A DNA stretch of 62,125 nucleotides from positions 1-62,125 of IMG/VR virus record IMGVR_UViG_3300023174_000172; one strand, given 5' to 3'. The notes below the pieces were generated by a model. It saw nothing but the letters and a program-made list of their open reading frames with translations, made no database searches and was not told the DNA's origin. How positions within the stretch are numbered: position 1 is the stretch's first letter; every line of letters starts with the position of its first letter. Below, piece after piece: positions 10,040 to 18,742 of the stretch. A program made the translations under genes and the position numbers. The DNA comes from a virus (lineage: Duplodnaviria; Caudoviricetes).

Positions 10040-10747
10040 TTATTTATTATTATTAATAGGTTTGTCCATCATTTTTAACCAAAAATCATCACACATTCCA
10101 CCATAAGGAATTTCACCTATATCATTGTCAATTCCACATCTTTGTGAAACGCATAACGGATATGCTAAATATTTTTCTTTAAATGTATTTGATAAATAAA
10201 TGTCAAAAGCATATTGTGTTTCATATTCAGCTATAATTTTTTCAAAAATAGTATTTCTGATTAAAACGGCATGTGTTCCTATAGATTCGGATATTTTTAC
10301 TAAATTTTTTCCATACATAATAAATTCAGTTTGATTTTCACCCGGATTTGTCCCAAGAAAAAATAATTCCCAGTTTTCTATTTTATTTAAATCGATCAAA
10401 GCGTTTTCTATATATATCAAAGGATCATATCCACCATCATAATAAAATTTAGCATCGTCTTCAAAAATAAGAACATTATTTAAATTTTGTTCTTTTGCCT
10501 TTTTTATAATCTCAATATGAGAGTATAAACATGCTCTCGAATAACCTTCATGTGGATATTTACCACTCGGTTTTAAACTATATCCTAGATCTAAAGGAGT
10601 TAAAGCACTTTTTCTTTTTATATATTTTATTATATCAATATCTGTAAAATGTTTATATATAATGTTATTTTTGTCTGTTCTATAATCTAGATTTATATAA
10701 TAAGCATCGTCTATAAAGTTAAATAATTTTTCATTCATATTTTTCAT
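10040..10747 (-). CDS. Glycosyltransferase family 25-like
   Basis: YYINLDYRTD, ACLYSH, VLIFEDDA, THAVLI motifs. Confidence 0.85.
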   Translation of the reverse strand: MKNMNEKLFNFIDDAYYINLDYRTDKNNIIYKHFTDIDIIKYIKRKSALTPLDLGYSLKPSGKYPHEGYSRACLYSHIEIIKKAKEQNLNNVLIFEDDAKFYYDGGYDPLIYIENALIDLNKIENWELFFLGTNPGENQTEFIMYGKNLVKISESIGTHAVLIRNTIFEKIIAEYETQYAFDIYLSNTFKEKYLAYPLCVSQRCGIDNDIGEIPYGGMCDDFWLKMMDKPINNNK

Positions 10748-11919
10748 AATTTATTTAAAAAATCTATCCACATATTACCAACTTTTTTAATATTGAAAGC
10801 ATCTAAGATGTATTTTTTACCATTTTCTCTTATATTATTTTTAATATCAGGATTATATTCTAAATAATTGATACTATTTAATATGTATTCAATATTATTT
10901 TTAAATTTACCGTCTAAATCTTTTGTTAAGGATTCTTTTTGAAGCTTTTCTTGTTCAATACCATCAGGAAATTGAATCCATTGACAATATCCATCAAAAT
11001 TTTCGGGTAATGCTCCTAATGGATAGGTAATAGGTATAGCACCAAGAGCAATGGCTTCGGCTACAACACAAGAAAATGTATCCTTGTGAACATCTTGATA
11101 AGGTGTATAAAGAGGATATAAGAAATATTCACTTTCGGCTAAATGTCGGAACAATGTTTTTTTATCTACTCCATCATGACGATAAAAATAAGGATGTTGA
11201 TGATCATGTATGGTAATCAAATAATCAAAAGCATGAAATTCTTTGTCTGGAAAATTTAATTTCTCGACAGCATCTATTGCAACATTACCACCTCTAGCCC
11301 AAGAAGCATGAAAAATAAATTTATGAGGTTTTCTTTGTATATTTTCAGATAATACTTCTTCGACTACATCATCACATATTGGATTAGGAATTAAAGTTGA
11401 TTTAGTATTCTCATATCGATTAATTGTTGATTCTATTAACCCAATATTCATGGATTTTTCCCATTCAGAAATGTTCACAAACCCCAAACTTAGATTATTT
11501 GCTTTAGCATAGTTAACAGTCTCATCGATACCATATATCCATTGCATATGACACCAATAAATTAAACTTTTTGTTACTTTAATAGGCAATTTATCATAAT
11601 CCTGAAACCATAGACTGTTAACAAGAACATCAAATTCTTTATTATCAATATGATTAAATTCTATATCCGTATATTGAACACCTCGGATAGTGTCACCTTT
11701 AGGAAAAAACTTTCCTTCTCTTGCATATGACTCTTCAAGCAAAGGTTCCATTTTTTCAGTAACAACAACTACATCATGACCCTGTGTGGCTAGATATTCG
11801 GCTACTAGAATAGTGCTTGTATCGGTTCCAGAGCCTCCTCCACCGCCATATCTTAATGTTTCACCATTAAGATAGTTACTCCTTCTACTATTACCTATTA
11901 AAATAAAGGCTATTCTCAT
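10744..11919 (-). CDS. GT-B fold glycosyltransferase (GT4-like)
   Basis: GSGT..LVAEYLA.QGHDV N-terminus, IPNP, DTFSCVVAEAIALGAIPITY..GALPE. Confidence 0.8.
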   Translation of the reverse strand: MRIAFILIGNSRRSNYLNGETLRYGGGGGSGTDTSTILVAEYLATQGHDVVVVTEKMEPLLEESYAREGKFFPKGDTIRGVQYTDIEFNHIDNKEFDVLVNSLWFQDYDKLPIKVTKSLIYWCHMQWIYGIDETVNYAKANNLSLGFVNISEWEKSMNIGLIESTINRYENTKSTLIPNPICDDVVEEVLSENIQRKPHKFIFHASWARGGNVAIDAVEKLNFPDKEFHAFDYLITIHDHQHPYFYRHDGVDKKTLFRHLAESEYFLYPLYTPYQDVHKDTFSCVVAEAIALGAIPITYPLGALPENFDGYCQWIQFPDGIEQEKLQKESLTKDLDGKFKNNIEYILNSINYLEYNPDIKNNIRENGKKYILDAFNIKKVGNMWIDFLNKL

Positions 11920-13184
11920 ACATTAATATCTTTTTCGTATCTTTCTCCCCACTGTTTATCTTTATCAAATAAATACATTACAATTTTAGATGGTTTGTCT
12001 ATCGAATAAAAACTAGCATTGTATTTATTATTTTTTAGAGTTACGTATTCTTTACCGTTTTCCAATGTAAAATCATGTCTAAAAACTTCAGCACCCGAAC
12101 TATTTTGAAGTCCAAATGTCATAAATTGGGGATCTTCGAAATTGTGCTTTTTGAAAAATTCTAAATCCCATTCACAATCTACAACATATTTGTGTGAAAT
12201 AAATTGATCTTCCCAATCTGATGGATTAGGAGGAGTTTTAACCTTTAATGTATAGTCTTGGATTCTGCATTTCTTAAAATCAAATCCACCATAAACCTCA
12301 TAATCATGTAAGGTTCTAACTGTACCCAAACCATATTTTCCCATATCTAAACTATGTTCTTCTTGTTCGAATAATTGTCGGGTTTTATTTCTTGCAAAGA
12401 CATCTCTCTCACCGCTTGTCTTTTTTGTTTTTATATAACCTACTGATGTTTCTGTGCCATGGTCTTCCCAGTGCTTAGGTCTTCCTTCTCTTGTATATTC
12501 GTGCCATATGTATTGACGATACGGGCTATAGAAATCATAACCGCTAGTAAATGCTCTAACACTTAAAGTAGTTTCTTCGGTATATCCACCAAAATAAATA
12601 TCAGGATCATACGGAACATCATTCACAAAAGAACCATCAGCCAAGAAAAAGTGACCGCTGATTGTTCGTGCCTTGATAACACAATCTCTTTCTTTGTAGT
12701 CCATGATATGATATGGGCGGCTCATTAACAATTTATCACTACTAAATTCATATTGACTCATCAAACACGGACATTCTTCATATTTTTCTTGTCGAGGTTC
12801 GAAAGGTGTTAAATATGTTGTCAATACAGGCTTATCACTAAACTTTTTAGCTTGATAAAAGTCTTCAAGCATCATAGTATCCCAACCTTTTAAAAATCTA
12901 TGATGACTGTCCAACTGCAAAACTAATTCTTCGCCATCATATAACTCATTTGTAATAGCCCTAGCCCATCCCAACCCTTGGCTTTCATCATAATGATGTT
13001 TTCTTATTCTAAAATTAGGTTTATTATCATATCTGGTTATATCTTCTGATTCATCATATTGCCAACATATACCGAAACTAAATAAATCGGGATTATCAGC
13101 TTTTTCCAACATATCATCAATCGTTACAGGCAATTGCGGATCACGATAAGAAGCGAGTTCTACAAAAATTTTTGGTTTATTCAT
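11916..13184 (-). CDS. GT60-like polypeptide N-acetylglucosaminyltransferase
   Basis: IFVELASYRD, GLGWAR, LQLDSHHRF (DxH), VPYDPDIYF..EE..LSVRAFTSGYDFYSP, IWHEY match Gnt1/ModB/OGNT-type motifs as recalled. Confidence 0.85.
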   Translation of the reverse strand: MNKPKIFVELASYRDPQLPVTIDDMLEKADNPDLFSFGICWQYDESEDITRYDNKPNFRIRKHHYDESQGLGWARAITNELYDGEELVLQLDSHHRFLKGWDTMMLEDFYQAKKFSDKPVLTTYLTPFEPRQEKYEECPCLMSQYEFSSDKLLMSRPYHIMDYKERDCVIKARTISGHFFLADGSFVNDVPYDPDIYFGGYTEETTLSVRAFTSGYDFYSPYRQYIWHEYTREGRPKHWEDHGTETSVGYIKTKKTSGERDVFARNKTRQLFEQEEHSLDMGKYGLGTVRTLHDYEVYGGFDFKKCRIQDYTLKVKTPPNPSDWEDQFISHKYVVDCEWDLEFFKKHNFEDPQFMTFGLQNSSGAEVFRHDFTLENGKEYVTLKNNKYNASFYSIDKPSKIVMYLFDKDKQWGERYEKDINV

Positions 13185-14170
13185 ATATTTTTAAGTTTTA
13201 TCATCGATTGTTTTACAGACATCCACATATCAAGATATGTATATGTTGCTAAACGTCCTATAAACAATGTATCCTTTAAACTTTCGGCTAAATTCTTATA
13301 TTTATTATAAATATTTGGACCTTCACCAAAAGGTATCGGATAAAACGGTATATCGTTTTTAGTACATTGTTTTGGATATTCTTCAGTAATTATCGTAGAC
13401 CCTTTATGATTCAAGTTAAAATAACTATGATCGTATGTTCTAGTATATTCAACATTTTTTGTATTTTGATTTATAATATTGACCGGAAGTTTCATATTCG
13501 ACGTTTTATGTTTGAATAATAAAGATCTATAAGGAAGTTCGCCAAAAGAATAATCAAAAAACTCGTCAATTTTTCCTGTATATATTGTTAAATCTGTTTT
13601 ATAACCTTCCCAATCTTTATTTTCACATCCTAAATTGATAGAAAACCCATTTAACATATTTTCCATCATTTTAGTGTAACCTTCTTTTGGTAAACATTGA
13701 TATTTTTCTCCCTCATACCAAGTAGGATCATCACAATCTTTGGTTTTAGGTATTCTATTAGTAATTGATTTAGGAATTTGCTCAAAAGGTACGCCCCATT
13801 GTTTTTCTGAATAATCTTTAAATATATATTGTATGATTTCCTCTTGTGATAACTCTCTACCGATTTCCTTTATAGTTTTTTTGCTATAGGGTAAAGAAAT
13901 TAAACCCAATTCGGTATTACCAAGTGGTTTATTTTTAAAATCAAACCATTCCGTATATCTATTTAAGAAATGAAAAACATCGTCATCGTTTGTATGAAAC
14001 ATATGAGGTCCATATTTGTGTACCAGTGTTCCATTAATATTTTGATCGAAACAATTACCACCTATATGATCACGTTTATCAAAAATTTCTATATTATAAC
14101 CTTTTTCCTTCAATAATATAGCCGATGTTATACCGGACAACCCACAACCTATAATTTTAGCGGTTTTCAT
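13181..14170 (-). CDS. glf: UDP-galactopyranose mutase
   Basis: IIGCGLSG FAD motif, RDHIGGNC, HKYGPHMFHT, YSEKQWG, LPYRSL, PFYP, GRLATYTYLDM. Confidence 0.93.
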   Translation of the reverse strand: MKTAKIIGCGLSGITSAILLKEKGYNIEIFDKRDHIGGNCFDQNINGTLVHKYGPHMFHTNDDDVFHFLNRYTEWFDFKNKPLGNTELGLISLPYSKKTIKEIGRELSQEEIIQYIFKDYSEKQWGVPFEQIPKSITNRIPKTKDCDDPTWYEGEKYQCLPKEGYTKMMENMLNGFSINLGCENKDWEGYKTDLTIYTGKIDEFFDYSFGELPYRSLLFKHKTSNMKLPVNIINQNTKNVEYTRTYDHSYFNLNHKGSTIITEEYPKQCTKNDIPFYPIPFGEGPNIYNKYKNLAESLKDTLFIGRLATYTYLDMWMSVKQSMIKLKNI

Positions 14171-14673
14171 TCCTCTTCTATAATATCAGAGTTTTCTATT
14201 AATTCTATTTTTTTGGGTTTGTTTTTTAAAAGTTGCATAGCCTCGTCTCTAGAACCTATAAAAATGTTATTGGTTTGTTGACCAGCAGTAGAACCCAACA
14301 AAGGATTATGTTTTCCTTTCACTGCTTCTGCCTCTATACGTTTAACTTCTATATTATTTTTAGCTTGCTTTTGCTGTATATTAATTTTATTTAAATTTTC
14401 TATACCTTTAAATGCAGTATTCATTAATTGAGCATATGCTGAAATTTCTTTAGGATCAGCAGCAGTTTGAATCAATTGCTGCATATCTTTAATAGCACTC
14501 ATGGTCAATTCTAGCATTTCGGCTGATTTTTGATATATGTAATCGCTTACAGTGTCATCTGTTATTTGCGGTGTGTTTATAACTTGTTTTTTTTGAGTAC
14601 TGTTGTTAGAATTATCCTTTAATTCTGATATGATGTCATTAATATCAGAATCATCTATTGAATTGTTATCCAT
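14167..14673 (-). CDS. Putative terminase small subunit (gp16-like)
   Basis: Helical core plus C-terminal TNNIFIGSRDEAMQLL, like the NNxxFVGSTxEL motif of T4-like gp16. Confidence 0.6.
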   Translation of the reverse strand: MDNNSIDDSDINDIISELKDNSNNSTQKKQVINTPQITDDTVSDYIYQKSAEMLELTMSAIKDMQQLIQTAADPKEISAYAQLMNTAFKGIENLNKINIQQKQAKNNIEVKRIEAEAVKGKHNPLLGSTAGQQTNNIFIGSRDEAMQLLKNKPKKIELIENSDIIEEE

Positions 14674-14693
14674 TATAATAAATAATTATTGAT

Positions 14694-14858
14694 ATGGTTA
14701 CAATTACAATACATGGATATGGAAATTATGAGATTTCGGCTGAAAAATTACAAGAATTGTTGTCTTGGTTGTCTAGAAATAGTGGTGTTAGAACCCAAAC
14801 GAATGAACAATTGAGAATACCCGCACAATTCCAAGGAAGAGACTTGATACAAGGTTAA
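14694..14858 (+). CDS. Small hypothetical protein (54 aa), absent from ORF track
   Basis: MVTITIHGYGNYEISAEKLQELLSWLSRNSG...DLIQG-stop fills the gap; TAAATA upstream. Confidence 0.6.
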   Translation: MVTITIHGYGNYEISAEKLQELLSWLSRNSGVRTQTNEQLRIPAQFQGRDLIQG

Positions 14859-14872
14859 TTCTGTGCTATATT
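14844..14872 (+). promoter_or_regulatory. Sigma70-type promoter of clamp loader gene
   Basis: TTGATA-17 bp (ending TGn)-TATATT, 7 nt before ATG 14880. Confidence 0.65.
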
Positions 14873-14879
14873 CTATAGC

Positions 14880-15809
14880 ATGAATCATTATAAAGATCTT
14901 TGGTGCGAAAAATATAGACCTCAAAAGATATCGGATATTGTTCTTTCAGAAGATTCTAAAGAACATCTGAAAAATATATCAGATGATATCCCACATTTGC
15001 TTTTTTACGGTAAAGCCGGAACAGGTAAAACCACAACCGCAAAGGTTTTAATCAATGATGTATTAAAATGCCAATATTTGTATATAAATGCTAGCGATGA
15101 ATCCGGAATTGATACTATTCGTAATAAAGTAATATCTTTTGCGCAAACAAGATCAGTGGACGGTCAAAAAAAAGTAATTTTATTAGACGAATCTGACGGT
15201 CTTAGTGCTAGTGCTATGAGAACTTTGCGTAACGTGATGGAGGAATACGCTAATTCAACCAGATTCATCTTAACCGCTAACGATTTTAACAAAATAATCG
15301 AACCTATTAGATCAAGGTGTGTAATTTTCAATCTAAAACCGGATTTAAAGGGATGCGTACAGCGTTGCGTAGATATCCTTAAAAGAGAAAATGTAGATTA
15401 TAAGGATAGCATATCTAAATTGGTTGTATGTGTGAAAGATCGATACCCCGATATGCGTAGAATGGTAAACGATTTACAAAAGTTTTCAATATCCGGAAAA
15501 TTGCAACTAGAAAATGTAGATTTAACCGAAACATTTTCGCATATATTGTTTAAAAGGTTAATACAGAAGGAAAATTCACTAGATTTGCGTAAAATGATAA
15601 TAGAAGGTGAATCAGAATTTGACTCGGATTATCAAAATTTATATAAATCTCTTTTCGATGTTATATATAATTCAAATATTACCGAAATTAAAAAGAAAAC
15701 CCTGATGTTAGAGTTGGGAGAATATACATATCGTGATAATTTTGTGGTTGATCACGAAATAAACTTCTTTTGTTTTATTTTATCAGCCGAAAATATTATT
15801 AAAGCTTAG
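14880..15809 (+). CDS. Sliding clamp loader AAA+ subunit (T4 gp44/RFC small-like)
   Basis: WCEKYRP, GKAGTGKTT Walker A, NASD, LLDESD Walker B, IRSRC. Confidence 0.95.
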   Translation: MNHYKDLWCEKYRPQKISDIVLSEDSKEHLKNISDDIPHLLFYGKAGTGKTTTAKVLINDVLKCQYLYINASDESGIDTIRNKVISFAQTRSVDGQKKVILLDESDGLSASAMRTLRNVMEEYANSTRFILTANDFNKIIEPIRSRCVIFNLKPDLKGCVQRCVDILKRENVDYKDSISKLVVCVKDRYPDMRRMVNDLQKFSISGKLQLENVDLTETFSHILFKRLIQKENSLDLRKMIIEGESEFDSDYQNLYKSLFDVIYNSNITEIKKKTLMLELGEYTYRDNFVVDHEINFFCFILSAENIIKA

Positions 15810-16368
15810 TATTTTGTGTAGGCAATGATCTGTTAGTCGGAGAATTGCCCAATCCAGCAAAATCTTTATCATTTACAGGTGTTGGTTTGCCATTTTCAGT
15901 GTCATGAAAAGAATAATTTGTTTTTGGTGCTAAGATAGGGGGTAAATTATCACCCCAATTACAAATTTCTATGTGTTTAATATCGGTAGAAGGTATCATG
16001 AATTTAAACATTGCATTATCCTTTTCAGCAGCCGAAATAGCACCATATTCTATACCCGTCGAGTTAATATCATTTGCGCTTTTAAAGTTAGGACCAGAAA
16101 CTTCTCTAGTATCGGTTTTTACTTTAAAATAGTGCTGGCATTTTTCATACATTCTACTGTTTAATTCTTTAAGTGCTTCAATTTGACTTTGATCCATGAC
16201 CGAAGCAGCTTCAGATTTTGTAAAAAAGCTAGGTTTTAATCTAAAACATACTCCTATTTTTACACCATTAGAGTACATTGCCGAATCTATAGCATTTTCT
16301 TCTTTTATTACATCTAAATTACCCAAAGCTTTTTCGTAAACAAGGTCAAATCTATTAAACTTTTTCAT
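15799..16368 (-). CDS. Hypothetical protein, possibly virion internal
   Basis: TAAGTA late-type motif 8 nt upstream; KFNRF..VYE N-terminus. Confidence 0.6.
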   Translation of the reverse strand: MKKFNRFDLVYEKALGNLDVIKEENAIDSAMYSNGVKIGVCFRLKPSFFTKSEAASVMDQSQIEALKELNSRMYEKCQHYFKVKTDTREVSGPNFKSANDINSTGIEYGAISAAEKDNAMFKFMIPSTDIKHIEICNWGDNLPPILAPKTNYSFHDTENGKPTPVNDKDFAGLGNSPTNRSLPTQNTKL

Positions 16369-16417
16369 CTTTTAATTACTTACTCCATCTTTAATTCTTT
16401 TTAGGTAATTATTTTAA

Positions 16418-16924
16418 ATGGCAACTATAAGATTAGACAATTTAACCAAACCTCGACAAGTAGGACTGGATCAAAATCAATATGATAAACTGCTTTTTGA
16501 TGAAGAAAAAGCAGTTTATACAGATCTTCACCTAGATTTAAAGCTTAAAACGATAATCGACGGTGATAGAGTAATAAATTCTAATGATATAGAGGTAGAT
16601 GAAAATTTAAGTGCCATAAAAAACTCAATAAGAAACATTTTTACAACAAAAAGAGGGCAAAAAATATATGATCCTGAGTTCGGTGCTTCCTTGGATCAAC
16701 ATTTATTTGAAAGAGTAGACGAATTTTATGCTAAACTTATAGGCGACGAAATATTAAAAAATATAGAAACCTATGAACCACGAATAGAAGTTTTAAAAAT
16801 ATCAATTCTACCAATTCCTGATCAAAATGAATATAGAATATCTATATATTATACATTTTTAAAAATAAAAAAACAACAAATGTTAGAATTAAGAATATTA
16901 AATGGTGGTCAAATTATTTTGTAA
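16418..16924 (+). CDS. Baseplate wedge subunit (gp25-like)
   Basis: AIKNSIRNIF.T..G....PEFG, YEPRI motifs. Confidence 0.9.
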   Translation: MATIRLDNLTKPRQVGLDQNQYDKLLFDEEKAVYTDLHLDLKLKTIIDGDRVINSNDIEVDENLSAIKNSIRNIFTTKRGQKIYDPEFGASLDQHLFERVDEFYAKLIGDEILKNIETYEPRIEVLKISILPIPDQNEYRISIYYTFLKIKKQQMLELRILNGGQIIL

Positions 16925-16939
16925 GGGTTAATTAGTTAT

Positions 16940-18739
16940 ATGGAATTAATCGAAAAAAGTTATATTAATAAAGACTCTTATTTAACATTCGACGGTAAAA
17001 GTATAAGAGATGTAATAATAGACCGTTTAAATAAAGAAGGAATTTTCACAGATCAAAATTATCAAGGTTCAAATTTCTCGGCTTTTATAGATGTTATTTC
17101 TTATACATTTTCTACACTTTTATACTATTTAAATAAAACCTCATCAGAAAGTATGTTTTCCGAAGCACAATTATACGAAAACATGAATAGAATTATAAAA
17201 ATATTAAATTATAAACCTATCGGAAAGTTAGCACAAACAGTATCATATAGTTTATCAGTAAATAATTTAAATATCGGAAGCTATACAATTCCTAGATATT
17301 CATATATAAGAATCGGTGATTTAAATTTTTCATTTTCTACTGATATATCATTTTCTAAATCTATAAACGGAACCGAAACTATAGAAAATTTAAAAAATAA
17401 AAATATATTAAAGGAAGGTAAATTTATAGAATCTTCTATATATAAAGCCAACGGTATAAACAACGAAATTATATTCATATCAACATCCGAAAGCGTTTCA
17501 ATAGATCATTTTGATATACATGTTTACGTTAAAAGAGAAAATAGTTTATATTGGGAATCTTGGAACAGAGTAGATGATTTATTTTTAAGTAAAACTAACG
17601 ATGAAGTTTATGAAATACGATACAATCAAAACAAAAACTATGAAATAAAATTTGGTGATGATATAAACGGTTCAAAATTAAATAAAAATGATCAGGTTAT
17701 AATTTATTATCTTCAAATCAATCCTAATAGTGTTACGATTGGTCCTAATGCACTATTAAATTCAAAAATTATTCCATTTAATTCTATAAATTTTAATAAA
17801 ATTTTAATAGATACTAAATCGGAATTAGGAGAATATTTAAATTCTTTAAATTTTTCAAATCTTATATTAGATAACCAATATAGTTCTTCCGCACCACAGT
17901 TAGAAGAAACAGTTGATCAAATAAGAGAAAAAGCCCCAAAATTTTTTAGACTTCAAAATAGATTAATAACATCAAATGATTTTGAAACATATATAGAAAC
18001 CAATTTTTCAAATATTATAGCAGACGTAAAAGTTATAAATAATGAAGAATATTTAAAAACCTATATGAAATATTTGTATAATATAGGGTTAAAAAATCCA
18101 CAATTAGAAGATAACGTTTTATTAAACCAAATAAATTTTGGAACAAGTTGTAATTTTAATAATATATACATTTATACTATACCTAAAAATGATGATATAA
18201 TTTACCTAACAGAACCACAAAAAGAATTAATTAATACTAAAATTCGAGATATGAAACCATTAACGTCTAATACGGTTTTAATAGATCCTATTTATATGTT
18301 TTTAGATTTTTATTTACCTATCGTCAATGTAAATTATCAAGAAATTGCAAATACTAAATTATATATATACAAAAAAAATAATAATAAAAGATCATCATCG
18401 GCTATATTATTTGATGTTGAAGATATATTTAAAAAATATTTTACCAAAACTGCTAATAAAATAGGACAAGAAATTGATTTGTATAAAATAAATTCAGAAA
18501 TACTAACGATAGATGGTATTGATTATGTAACAACAAAAAGAGAAGATACTGGAACCGAATTAGAAGGTATAAATGTTTTGTGCTGGAATTCTATATATCC
18601 CGAATTAGATTCAAAGGTATACAGTCAAAATTTTGTATTAGAAGATTTCCAATATCCGGTTTTTAACAATTTATCCAATATTAAAAATCGAATAAATATT
18701 GTAGAAGAAACCGGAATTATTACATCTGCCGGATTTTAA
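16940..18739 (+). CDS. Baseplate wedge subunit (gp6-like)
   Basis: FTDQNYQGSN, IKFGDDING, ETVDQIR..AP....QNRLIT..DF motifs. Confidence 0.88.
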   Translation: MELIEKSYINKDSYLTFDGKSIRDVIIDRLNKEGIFTDQNYQGSNFSAFIDVISYTFSTLLYYLNKTSSESMFSEAQLYENMNRIIKILNYKPIGKLAQTVSYSLSVNNLNIGSYTIPRYSYIRIGDLNFSFSTDISFSKSINGTETIENLKNKNILKEGKFIESSIYKANGINNEIIFISTSESVSIDHFDIHVYVKRENSLYWESWNRVDDLFLSKTNDEVYEIRYNQNKNYEIKFGDDINGSKLNKNDQVIIYYLQINPNSVTIGPNALLNSKIIPFNSINFNKILIDTKSELGEYLNSLNFSNLILDNQYSSSAPQLEETVDQIREKAPKFFRLQNRLITSNDFETYIETNFSNIIADVKVINNEEYLKTYMKYLYNIGLKNPQLEDNVLLNQINFGTSCNFNNIYIYTIPKNDDIIYLTEPQKELINTKIRDMKPLTSNTVLIDPIYMFLDFYLPIVNVNYQEIANTKLYIYKKNNNKRSSSAILFDVEDIFKKYFTKTANKIGQEIDLYKINSEILTIDGIDYVTTKREDTGTELEGINVLCWNSIYPELDSKVYSQNFVLEDFQYPVFNNLSNIKNRINIVEETGIITSAGF

Positions 18740-18742
18740 TAT

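Noticed and set aside
11916-13184. Skp1-type hydroxyproline glycosylation
   Set aside because: No prolyl hydroxylase in this window; cannot be excluded elsewhere in the genome.
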